Shown here: positions 38,858-47,778 of the stretch, one piece after another
Position numbering within the stretch: the stretch's first letter is position 1
Layout of the letters: the number at the start of each line of letters is the position of its first letter
The notes under the pieces: generated by a model
The model's database searches: none
What the model was told of the DNA's origin: nothing
Seen by the model: the letters and a program-made list of their open reading frames with translations, nothing else
NCBI GenBank assembly: GCA_001775055.1
Contig: MFBU01000014.1
Span: forward strand, 120,535-184,534
Reading direction: 5' to 3'
DNA from: Candidatus Curtissbacteria bacterium RIFCSPLOWO2_02_41_11
GTDB taxonomy: Bacteria; Patescibacteriota; Microgenomatia; Curtissbacterales; GWA2-41-24
Length of the DNA: 64,000 bases
Program-made: the position numbers and the translations under genes

Positions 38858-39408
38858 AAGTTATACTCCTTCCGGGAAATGGGTATCATGACGACATCAA
38901 TAAATATTACTGGTTCCCGTATTTAATTGAAAAACTGACACTTTTAGGCTTAAGGATTATTGCCAAAAACATGCCAGATTGGTATCTTGCACGGCGGAAA
39001 TATTGGGAACCTTTTATCATTGATACATTAAAGGCAGATAATAACTCAATTCTTATTGGTCATTCATCCGGAGCAGCCGCGACTATGCGTGTACTTGAAA
39101 AAATAAAAGTTTTAGGAGCGATTTTAGTTGCTGCACATTATACAGACCTTGGTTATAAGGAAGATAAATTAAGCGGTTACTTTGATGATTTTTGGAAATG
39201 GCCAACTATTAAAATGAACGCCAAGTGGATTGTCCAATTTGCCTCCAAAGATGATCCATTTATTCCAATTGAACATTCGCGATTCATTCATAAAAAATTA
39301 AACACTGAATATTTTGAATTTGAGAATGAAGACCATTTCGGTTTTTCGAAACCTAAAACAGAATTTCCGGAAATTGTGGAGTTGATTAAAAAAAAGATTA
39401 AAAAATAA
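38854..39408 (+). CDS. RBBP9/YdeN family alpha/beta hydrolase
   Basis: LPGNG, WFP, IGHSSGA nucleophile elbow, S.DDPFIP, HF. Confidence 0.85.
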   Translation: MKVILLPGNGYHDDINKYYWFPYLIEKLTLLGLRIIAKNMPDWYLARRKYWEPFIIDTLKADNNSILIGHSSGAAATMRVLEKIKVLGAILVAAHYTDLGYKEDKLSGYFDDFWKWPTIKMNAKWIVQFASKDDPFIPIEHSRFIHKKLNTEYFEFENEDHFGFSKPKTEFPEIVELIKKKIKK

Positions 39409-39412
39409 TTCT

Positions 39413-40840
39413 TCAGTTTTTTAATTCTTTTAATCTTTTTAGTAAATATTCCCGATTATTCTTTTTTTCATCATCAACCACTTCCTCAAAAAGTTTATTT
39501 AAAACTTCTCCGACTTTTGGCCCCGGTCCAATATCAAGAATTTTCATCACATCGTTCCCGTCAATTTTAAGATCGGAAACCGTGAAAGGTTTTTTCATTA
39601 CCTCTTTTAATCTTTGTCTGAAAAGCTTAAGTCTCCAAGACTCCGGCTGCTGCAAGCCTCCGCCAAGCCTATCGCCGATTCTCAAATCCATTATGTCCTC
39701 AATATTTTCTACCCCAATATTTTTAATAAAGCGCCGCAAAGCCTTATCAGTCTGATTTTCATTAACCGTAAACTGGTGCCAGCGGACTAATTTAAAAAGT
39801 TTCTCTCTCTGGATGTGTGATAGATTCCATCTTTTGGCAATTACCAGAGCTTGTCTTGAGCCAATAACCTCATGATTATGGAAAGTCCTTATCCCGTCTT
39901 CGGTTACTTCAGCCACCTTAGCTTTGCCAATATCATGAAGAAGCGTCGCAAGTTTGGTGATTGAATCTTTCGATGGACAATGTTTTAAGCTCATCACACA
40001 ATGTGTTCCTACGTCGTAAATGTGATGGCGCTTTGGGCTTTTCTGTTCAACCTCAAAAGATTCGTCAAGCTCCGGTAAAAAAACTTTCAACAGCCCTGTT
40101 TCCCTTGCTAAGAAAATTCCTTGAGCCGCATTATCATTCTCTAAAATTTTAAAAAGCTCATCACGGATTCGTTCGCCGGAAATCAAAGAGAGCAACTTCG
40201 CATTTTTGGCAATTGCCGACAGGGTTTTTTCTTCAATTTTAAATCCTAAAATCGTGGCAAAGCGGACTGCCCGCAGTAAGCGTAAAGCATCCTCACCAAA
40301 ACGTTTATTAGGATCACCAACCGTTCGGACAATTTTATTTTTTAAATCTTTCTGCCCGCCATATGGATCAACCAAAGTCAGGGTATAGGAACTAGAGGTT
40401 AAGGGATAGGTCTTTTGTCTTTGACTAGACGCTAGACTCTGATCGCTAGGGTCTACTTTTAATGCCATGGCATTGATCGTAAAATCCCGTCTGGCCAAAT
40501 CCTCATCAAGCGTCTTTCCCCAGACAATGACATCCGGATGCCGTCTATCCGTATATTTCTCTTCTTTTCGGTAAGTGGTGATTTGAACTATCTGACCCTT
40601 GACCCTTGACCCTTGACCCTTAACCCTAAGCGGCACACCGACTGTCCCGAATCGATTGTTATAAAAGGCATTTTTAAAAAGTTTCAGAATTTCCTCGGGT
40701 CTGGTATTGGTCGCTAGATCCCAGTCACTCACCGACTTTTTAGAAAGAACGTCCCTAACCGCACCTCCGACAATTGCCACCTCAAAACCAGCTTTGGTGA
40801 TCTTATCTAAAATATTTAGAACTTCTTTATCAATTGACAT
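39413..40840 (-). CDS. cca: CCA-adding tRNA nucleotidyltransferase with HD domain
   Basis: VGGAVRD, DWDLAT, DLARRDFTINA, EDALRLLRA.RF, ERIRDE, LLHDIGK. Confidence 0.92.
   Translation of the reverse strand: MSIDKEVLNILDKITKAGFEVAIVGGAVRDVLSKKSVSDWDLATNTRPEEILKLFKNAFYNNRFGTVGVPLRVKGQGSRVKGQIVQITTYRKEEKYTDRRHPDVIVWGKTLDEDLARRDFTINAMALKVDPSDQSLASSQRQKTYPLTSSSYTLTLVDPYGGQKDLKNKIVRTVGDPNKRFGEDALRLLRAVRFATILGFKIEEKTLSAIAKNAKLLSLISGERIRDELFKILENDNAAQGIFLARETGLLKVFLPELDESFEVEQKSPKRHHIYDVGTHCVMSLKHCPSKDSITKLATLLHDIGKAKVAEVTEDGIRTFHNHEVIGSRQALVIAKRWNLSHIQREKLFKLVRWHQFTVNENQTDKALRRFIKNIGVENIEDIMDLRIGDRLGGGLQQPESWRLKLFRQRLKEVMKKPFTVSDLKIDGNDVMKILDIGPGPKVGEVLNKLFEEVVDDEKKNNREYLLKRLKELKN
40593..40627. repeat. 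Heptamer tandem repeat (TGACCCT)x4 + TAACCCT inside cca
   Basis: Read directly; encodes RVKGQGSRVKGQ. Confidence 0.92.
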
Positions 40841-40921
40841 AAGATTTTTAACTTAAATAAATTATAGCAGCTTAAAAGCCCTAATCAGCATACAGGGAGT
40901 GATTCTTGCTACAATATTTTT

Positions 40922-42553
40922 GTGAGAGCAAATGTCTGGAAAGTCGCGGCAAAGCCGCCATATCCTAAAAACAAAAATTGGCTGCTAAAGCTACTAGCCC
41001 AAAATAGAGGATTGACTACAAAAAAGAAATTGAACCAGTTTTTGAACCCCAGGCTTGAGGACGTCTTAAAAATTAACCCTTCGGATACTAAAAGAGCTCT
41101 AGAACGTATTATCAAAGCCATCAAAAATAAAGAGAAAATAATTGTCTATTCCGATTATGATGCTGACGGAATTTGTGCAACTGCCATCATGTGGGAAACT
41201 CTTTACGATTTAGGTGCTCAAGTTCTTCCCTACGTCCCACATAGAATAAAGGAAGGATATGGGCTTTCAAAGGGGGCAATAGATAAGCTTGCCAAAAAGG
41301 GAGTAAAGCTAATTATTACCGTTGATCATGGAGTCACCGCCAATGACCAAGTAGCCCATGCTAAATCCCTTGGTCTTGATGTTATTATCACCGATCACCA
41401 TGTCTTGCCCAAAAAACTTCCTCAAGCTTCTGCAATCGTTCATACAACCGACCTCTGTGGAGCAGGGGTTGCCTGGCGTTTCTGCTTCAATATTGTCAAA
41501 CGACTAAAATCTAGCTATCAAGAAACTTTGATTGAAAAATTAGAACTGGCAGCCTTAGCAACAATTGCCGATTTAGTGCCTTTACTTTCTGCAAATCGGG
41601 CAATTGTTAAAATTGGCCTAGAAAAACTCCGAGAAACAAAGCGGCCCGGAATTAAAGCGTTAATAAAAGCGTCAAATCTTACTACTCAACTTGGCACTTA
41701 TGAAATTGGCCATATTTTAGCTCCCCGTATCAATGCCATGGGCAGAATTGAACATGGTATTGATTCTTTAAGGCTTCTTTGCGCCAAGAACCAAAGCCAA
41801 GCCGACGATTTAGCCCAGCTCCTTTCAAAAACCAACAGCAAAAGGCAGGATTTAACAACAAAAGCAATTGCCCATGCTATTGATATGGTTGACGGTGAAA
41901 GTCCGATTGGTATTATCTCTCACCATCTTTGGCATGAGGGCATAATCGGTTTGGTAGCTGCCCGTCTTGTTGAAACCCATCACAAACCGATGGTTGTTAT
42001 TTCCCAGGGTGAAGTTTATTCAAAAGGGTCGGCCAGGTCCGTGCCGGGTTTTAATATGGTTGAGGCAATCCGTTCCGCAAGCGAATTATTGGTTGACGCT
42101 GGTGGCCATCCGATGGCTGCCGGATTCACCATCGAAACAAAACATATTGAGGAATTCACTAAAAGATTAACTTCCTATGCGCAAAGTCAAATTAGCGGTG
42201 AGCTTTTAAAACCGATTATAAATATTGAGTGTGAGCTAGATAAAAATAGTATAAATGACAAGACACTGGCAACCATCAAACTTTTTGAACCTTATGGAGT
42301 TTCCAATCCCCAGCCGATTTTTTTAACGAGAAAAATGTTAGTTGAGGATGTCAGATCTGTTGGTGCAACAGGTCAACATTTAAAACTGCAACTGGATGGT
42401 TTTGGCGCAATTGGTTTTAACATGGGAGGGTTAAAAGCAGCAATGAGGCCTGGTTATTTAGTTGACCTAGTTTACACTTTGGCAGAAGACAGTTATAACG
42501 GCCATGGAAAACTCCAGTTAAAGATCAAAGATTTGGCCATTGTCCCAAATTAG
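40922..42553 (+). CDS. recJ: Single-stranded-DNA exonuclease RecJ
   Basis: DYDADG, ITVDHG, ITDHH, TIAD.VPL, PRINAMGR, GSARS, GGHPMAAG. Confidence 0.96.
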   Translation: MRANVWKVAAKPPYPKNKNWLLKLLAQNRGLTTKKKLNQFLNPRLEDVLKINPSDTKRALERIIKAIKNKEKIIVYSDYDADGICATAIMWETLYDLGAQVLPYVPHRIKEGYGLSKGAIDKLAKKGVKLIITVDHGVTANDQVAHAKSLGLDVIITDHHVLPKKLPQASAIVHTTDLCGAGVAWRFCFNIVKRLKSSYQETLIEKLELAALATIADLVPLLSANRAIVKIGLEKLRETKRPGIKALIKASNLTTQLGTYEIGHILAPRINAMGRIEHGIDSLRLLCAKNQSQADDLAQLLSKTNSKRQDLTTKAIAHAIDMVDGESPIGIISHHLWHEGIIGLVAARLVETHHKPMVVISQGEVYSKGSARSVPGFNMVEAIRSASELLVDAGGHPMAAGFTIETKHIEEFTKRLTSYAQSQISGELLKPIINIECELDKNSINDKTLATIKLFEPYGVSNPQPIFLTRKMLVEDVRSVGATGQHLKLQLDGFGAIGFNMGGLKAAMRPGYLVDLVYTLAEDSYNGHGKLQLKIKDLAIVPN

Positions 42554-42568
42554 TTTAAAATGTTGATC

Positions 42569-43924
42569 ATGGAGCGAACCTTAGCCCTTGACTGCAAAGG
42601 TAAAGTTGGCCAGAAGGTTATTCTTTTTGGTTGGATTAACACGGTTAGGGACCATGGCAAAATTACCTTTTATGACCTAAGAGATGCATCCGGTATTATC
42701 CAGACAGTTACCAAAAAGAGATTCGATGTCTCTGCAGAAGACGTAGTCAAAATAGAAGGAGTCGTCACTAAACGCCCCCAAAAGCTTATTAATCCTCAGA
42801 TTGCAACCGGAGAGATCGAAGTAAAAGTAGATTCCCTGACAATAATTGGCAAATCAGAAACTTTGCCTTTTCCCATTGACGATTTGGGCCTTGATATCGA
42901 GGAAACACTCAGACTCAAATACAGGTATTTGGATTTGCGCCGAGAGCGCTTAGTTACCAATCTTAAACTTCGCCATCAGATGATTAATTTCATGCGCCAG
43001 TTTTTAACAAAGCGTGGTTTTGTTGAGATCGAAACGCCGATTTTAACCAAAGCCACGCCCGAAGGCGCACGCGATTTTATCGTGCCGTCGCGTTTGCAGC
43101 CGGGTAATTTTTATGCCCTGCCGCAATCACCGCAGCAATATAAACAGCTTTTGATGGTAGCCGGTTTTGAAAAATATTTCCAGATTGCCCGCTGTTTTCG
43201 GGATGAAGATCCCAGAACCGACCGCTCTTACGGCGAATTTTCCCAACTTGATCTTGAAATGTCATTTGTAAATCAAGAGGATATTCTTCAATTAATTGAA
43301 GAACTCTTTGCCGAGATTACTGAAAAAGTCTTCAAAAAGAAAGTTTACAAATTTCCCTTCCCAAGAATTAGTCATCAAGAAGCAATTGCCAAATATCAAT
43401 CAGATAAATTTGATTTGAGAGAAAAAAAAGACCCAAATGTCTTGGCCTTTGCCTTTATTGTTAACTTCCCGCTTTTTGAGAGGACCCAAAATCAGCCGAT
43501 TTCACCAAGTCATCATCCTTTTACCGCTCCCAAAGACGAAGATATTCCGCAACTTTTTAAAGATCCGATGAAGGTTAGATCATGGCAACATGATTTGGTC
43601 GCCAACGGTCTTGAAATAGGCGGCGGCAGCATCCGAATTACCGATCCTAATGTCCAGCGAAAAATTTTTAAGATTTTAGGCTACAGGGAATCTGAAATTG
43701 AGGAAAAGTTTGGCCATTTACTTAATGCTTTTATATACGGAGTACCTCCTCATGGCGGCATTGCTTTGGGTTTGGAAAGGATATTAATGGTGGCAACCGG
43801 CGAGGAGAATACCCGGGAAGTTACCGCTTTTCCGATGAGTTCATCAGGGCAGACCGCGGTTATGGATGCTCCCTCAAAAGTCGATGAGCAAACGCTCAAA
43901 GAATTAAAGCTGAAAAAGTTGTGA
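42569..43924 (+). CDS. aspS: Aspartate--tRNA ligase (short form lacking the GAD insert)
   Basis: RLKYRYLDLR, TPEGARDF, YALPQSPQ.YKQLL, CFRDED, GGGSIR, PPHGGIALG; start taken at ATG 42569. Confidence 0.95.
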   Translation: MERTLALDCKGKVGQKVILFGWINTVRDHGKITFYDLRDASGIIQTVTKKRFDVSAEDVVKIEGVVTKRPQKLINPQIATGEIEVKVDSLTIIGKSETLPFPIDDLGLDIEETLRLKYRYLDLRRERLVTNLKLRHQMINFMRQFLTKRGFVEIETPILTKATPEGARDFIVPSRLQPGNFYALPQSPQQYKQLLMVAGFEKYFQIARCFRDEDPRTDRSYGEFSQLDLEMSFVNQEDILQLIEELFAEITEKVFKKKVYKFPFPRISHQEAIAKYQSDKFDLREKKDPNVLAFAFIVNFPLFERTQNQPISPSHHPFTAPKDEDIPQLFKDPMKVRSWQHDLVANGLEIGGGSIRITDPNVQRKIFKILGYRESEIEEKFGHLLNAFIYGVPPHGGIALGLERILMVATGEENTREVTAFPMSSSGQTAVMDAPSKVDEQTLKELKLKKL

Positions 43925-44814
43925 ATCTTTCGCGTTTCCTCTTAATATTTTTAATTTTAATCTCACTTCTTGTATACTTTTTTTTAACCCGAGTCCCCTC
44001 AAATAAAGTGACAACAACAGGCGAGTTACCCAAGCTTTATCCTTATCCCGTAACTATTGAAAATCCCCAAAAACCTGCGGAAATTTCCGCAAAGTCAGCC
44101 ATAATTATTGATGCTAAAACCGGCGTTGCACTTTTTGAAAAAGATCCGGATACCCGCCATTTGCCCGCTTCAACCACTAAATTATTAACAGCCATAGTTG
44201 CGCAAGAGCGATGCGACCCCCAAAAAGTTGTTAAAGTCGAAAGAGTAGTTGAGGAGGGAACACAAATGGGGCTTTCTGAAGGCGATTTAGTAAGCGTTGG
44301 AAATTTGCTTTACGGTCTTTTGGTGGCATCGGGAAATGACGCCGCCTTTGTTTTGGCCGATTCTTGCTCGGATTCTTACATTCATTTTGTCGCCTCTATG
44401 AACCAGAAAGCCAAGGAGCTGGGAATGAAAAATAGCCATTTTATCAATCCGGCCGGTTTTGATGATCCGCTGCAATACTCAACAGCCAGGGATTTGGCTA
44501 AACTTGCTAAAGTTGCTGTTGCCAATTTGCAAATAGCCAAAATCGTTGCAACGAGAAGTATTGTTGTAACCGACCAGTTAACAACTAAAACTTACTACCT
44601 TGAAAATATCAATAAATTGTTGGGAGAGGTCGAAGGACTGGAAGGAGTTAAAACCGGCCAAACTGAAGGCTCCCTGGAAATTCTACTAACTAAAACTACA
44701 AGAAATAGCCATACTATTATCACGGCTGTACTTGGATCTGATGATCGCTTCAGCGAATCAAAACAACTGATAGAATGGGTCTTTGCCAATCACCGGTGGG
44801 TTAATCCTGAGTAG
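43921..44814 (+). CDS. D-alanyl-D-alanine carboxypeptidase (peptidase S11)
   Basis: ASTTK (SxxK), SGND (SxN), KTG, NP.G.D, STARDLA. Confidence 0.92.
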   Translation: MNLSRFLLIFLILISLLVYFFLTRVPSNKVTTTGELPKLYPYPVTIENPQKPAEISAKSAIIIDAKTGVALFEKDPDTRHLPASTTKLLTAIVAQERCDPQKVVKVERVVEEGTQMGLSEGDLVSVGNLLYGLLVASGNDAAFVLADSCSDSYIHFVASMNQKAKELGMKNSHFINPAGFDDPLQYSTARDLAKLAKVAVANLQIAKIVATRSIVVTDQLTTKTYYLENINKLLGEVEGLEGVKTGQTEGSLEILLTKTTRNSHTIITAVLGSDDRFSESKQLIEWVFANHRWVNPE

Positions 44815-45835
44815 TCCAAGAATCATCAACCGCGCTAACATAAGCTATTTGTCCGTTGTCGCTTTTGAAAACATAAACAGGCTGCAAATAATTTTGGAAT
44901 TTTCTTGTTTCAAGATAGGATAGAACTACATCCCTGATTGGAATTGTCGAAGTAGTTGGAACTTTGTTAAAAGCACCAAAACCTGTTTTTAACTGTTCAA
45001 ACGCCTTGTTTGTCCCTTTTAAAGGATATGTTGCAAACTTGTGTGGCCTTATTGAAAGTCTTGAAAGCTCTGCTTCTACAATTCTTCTTTCGGAAACTTG
45101 TGCCTTTACCGGTGGATTATTTTCTTGTGGGCTAATTACTCCAAGGTCATCTAAACTATTTCTTTGAAAACTCACTTCTACTAAGTTGGCAGATGAAAGA
45201 GCTGGAGTTTTTGTCAAGTTACCCCCATCCAAACGAAAATAGGCGGTTTGGATTTTATCCTGGGGAAAATCATCTTGTGTGATATCAAAGTTGTTAAAGA
45301 AGTTTCGGGCTAAATCAATTGCCGCCTCAAGAGATCTTGGCCGAGTTGAAATAACCTGCGGGTCGTTTTGATAATTACTCGCCAGTACGAAATTACCACT
45401 GGCGATATTAACTGTAATACTACGGTCTTCTTTAGGATCTTGAAATTTAAAGGTATTACCTGCAACTTCTTGTGGTTCGCCCGTAAAACCGATTTTGGAG
45501 ACTCTGATTTTAGTTCGCTCGAGTGCCCCAAAAGAAGACTCATCAGTATCTATCGCAAAAACTTTGGCCTTATCTACCAAATTTGGTAATTGGCCGCTGA
45601 TTGTTTCAATTTTAAAACTTGTATTGCTTTTTATCTGATAGCCCTCAGAAAGATCAAGCTTCGGCAATTTGCCGAATGCAACCGTTGCCGGTGGCGGTTT
45701 AGGAGGAAAGACCGTACTTGCGATAGTTTTACCAAGAACAATTAGAAGTACCAAAACTAAAAGCGCCCCAAGCCCCCAAATTAGCCACTTAAATGCTTTC
45801 CTGGAAAAAAATGCGGTTTCAGTTAAAGATGTCAT
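44801..45835 (-). CDS. Hypothetical membrane-anchored protein
   Basis: Likely start MTSLTETA at 45835 (the track start overlaps gltX); TM then PPP.P...FGKLP; QPVYVF near the C-terminus. Confidence 0.7.
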   Translation of the reverse strand: MTSLTETAFFSRKAFKWLIWGLGALLVLVLLIVLGKTIASTVFPPKPPPATVAFGKLPKLDLSEGYQIKSNTSFKIETISGQLPNLVDKAKVFAIDTDESSFGALERTKIRVSKIGFTGEPQEVAGNTFKFQDPKEDRSITVNIASGNFVLASNYQNDPQVISTRPRSLEAAIDLARNFFNNFDITQDDFPQDKIQTAYFRLDGGNLTKTPALSSANLVEVSFQRNSLDDLGVISPQENNPPVKAQVSERRIVEAELSRLSIRPHKFATYPLKGTNKAFEQLKTGFGAFNKVPTTSTIPIRDVVLSYLETRKFQNYLQPVYVFKSDNGQIAYVSAVDDSWTTQD

Positions 45836-45860
45836 TGTTTGCCTATGATACAATTTTACC

Positions 45861-47111
45861 ATGTCACGCGTGGTAGTCAGATATGCTCCGTCTCCAACGG
45901 GCATCCCCCATATCGGTAATATCAGAACCGCCCTTTTTAACTTCTTATTGGCCAAAAATCAAAATGGGCAATTTATCCTGCGGATTGAAGACACCGACCG
46001 CAAAAGATTTATTCCCAAGTCTATTCCCAAAATCAAAGAAAGCCTTCTAGTTTTGGGTTTGAAATGGGATGGAGAGGAAATTTATCAATCAAAAAGGCTT
46101 AATTTATACCAAGAACATCTCGAAATCCTCAAGAAAAAACAACTCACTTATAATAAAGAAGGTGCTTGGTACTTTAAAGTTGAAAAGAGCAAGAAGATCA
46201 GTTGGCAAGATTTACTTCACGGACCAATCAACTTTTCTTCGGATGTAATTGAGGATTTTGTAATTGTTAAATCCGATGGCTTTCCGACTTATCATTTTGC
46301 ATCGGTAGTTGATGATCATGAAATGCAAGTATCCCATGTGATGCGTGGTGACGAATGGATTTCTTCAACCCCCAAGCATTTACTCCTCTATCAAGCCTTT
46401 TCTTGGAATCCGCCTAAATTTATCCACTTGCCGCCGATTTTAGGCCCTGACAAGAAAAAGCTTTCCAAAAGGCAAGGCGCCCGATCAGTCCTCGAATACA
46501 TCGAAGATGGATATCTGCCGGAAGCTCTTGTTAATTTTCTGGCTCTTTTAGGTTGGTCACCCAAAGGAGACAGAGAGCTTTTTATACTTGATGAGCTCAT
46601 CCGCGAATTTTCCCTCGACCGGCTCAACAAAAACAGTCCGATTTTTAATATTGAGAAACTCAACTGGTTTAACAAAAAATACTTGCAAAAATACACGAGT
46701 GATGAACTTATTAAAAAAATCAGAAATTTTTCAAAATTGGCCAAAACTGTTAATGATCAACATTTGGTCAAAATCAGCCGTTTGGTCTGTGATCGCTTAA
46801 CGACTTTGGCTGATTTTGATTCGATTGCTTCAATTTTTTTCGAAAAAGGCAAAGAAAAACCACCACAGAAATCAAAAATCGAAAATGCCAGAAAAGCCAT
46901 AGAGTCAATCATTACCTGGGACGAGTATTCAATCGGTCAGGTACTGGACGAATGGATCGCAAGTAATCATTTTGAAAGCTCGGATTTTAAAAATACTCTC
47001 CGTCTTTCTGTCTTTGCTGATAATACTCCGCCAATCTACCAAAGCCTAGCAGTTTTATCCAAAGAAGAAGTGATAAATCGAATCGATGATGCCATCAAAA
47101 AAGCAAAATAG
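45861..47111 (+). CDS. gltX: Glutamate--tRNA ligase
   Basis: RYAPSPTG.PHIG, LRIEDTD, DGFPTYH, RGDEW, KLSKR. Confidence 0.96.
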   Translation: MSRVVVRYAPSPTGIPHIGNIRTALFNFLLAKNQNGQFILRIEDTDRKRFIPKSIPKIKESLLVLGLKWDGEEIYQSKRLNLYQEHLEILKKKQLTYNKEGAWYFKVEKSKKISWQDLLHGPINFSSDVIEDFVIVKSDGFPTYHFASVVDDHEMQVSHVMRGDEWISSTPKHLLLYQAFSWNPPKFIHLPPILGPDKKKLSKRQGARSVLEYIEDGYLPEALVNFLALLGWSPKGDRELFILDELIREFSLDRLNKNSPIFNIEKLNWFNKKYLQKYTSDELIKKIRNFSKLAKTVNDQHLVKISRLVCDRLTTLADFDSIASIFFEKGKEKPPQKSKIENARKAIESIITWDEYSIGQVLDEWIASNHFESSDFKNTLRLSVFADNTPPIYQSLAVLSKEEVINRIDDAIKKAK

Positions 47112-47778
47112 GGTAGTCGTTGCTATCTTTGCTCACCCGGATGATGAGGCCTTTGGTCCATCGGGTACCATTGCCAAACTTGCAAAAAACCACAATGTTT
47201 ATGTTCTTTGTGCAACGCGCGGCGAAGCGGGTTTACCAGCCGAAGCTCAAGCGAAGGCGGACGGCAATCTTAAAAATATCGGCAAGGTGCGAGAAAAAGA
47301 ACTGCGTTGTTCTGCCCAAATTTTAGGAGTTAAAAAAGTTTATTTTTTGGGTTTTGTTGACGGTACTCTTTCCAATGCCTTGTATCATCTCCTGGCTGCA
47401 AGAATCAAGCAAAAGCTCAAGCTTTTAAAACCCCAAACCATCATAACTTTTGAACCCCGGGGAATTTCCGGCCACATTGATCATATCACCGTATCTCTAG
47501 CAACCACCTATGTTTTTTACCACCTTCCCTTTGTCAAAAAATTACTCTACTTCTGCATATCGGAGGAAGAAAGAAAATCGGTTAAAGACTACTTTATCTA
47601 CTTTCCCCCGGGTTACCCAAAAAGCCAAATTGACCAAGTAGTCGATGTTGCCGATGTTTGGGAGACAAAAATTCAAGCAATGATGTGCCACAAATCGCAA
47701 ATTACCGATGCCAGAAGAGTTCTTAAAATACGCCAAAAATTCCCCAAAGTTGAACATTTTTTAGAACTTGCCAAGTGA
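47086..47778 (+). CDS. PIG-L family deacetylase (MshB/BshB-like)
   Basis: FAHPDDE, ATRGEAG, R..EL, G.SGH.DH, K..AM.CHKSQ. Confidence 0.88.
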   Translation: MMPSKKQNRVVVAIFAHPDDEAFGPSGTIAKLAKNHNVYVLCATRGEAGLPAEAQAKADGNLKNIGKVREKELRCSAQILGVKKVYFLGFVDGTLSNALYHLLAARIKQKLKLLKPQTIITFEPRGISGHIDHITVSLATTYVFYHLPFVKKLLYFCISEEERKSVKDYFIYFPPGYPKSQIDQVVDVADVWETKIQAMMCHKSQITDARRVLKIRQKFPKVEHFLELAK

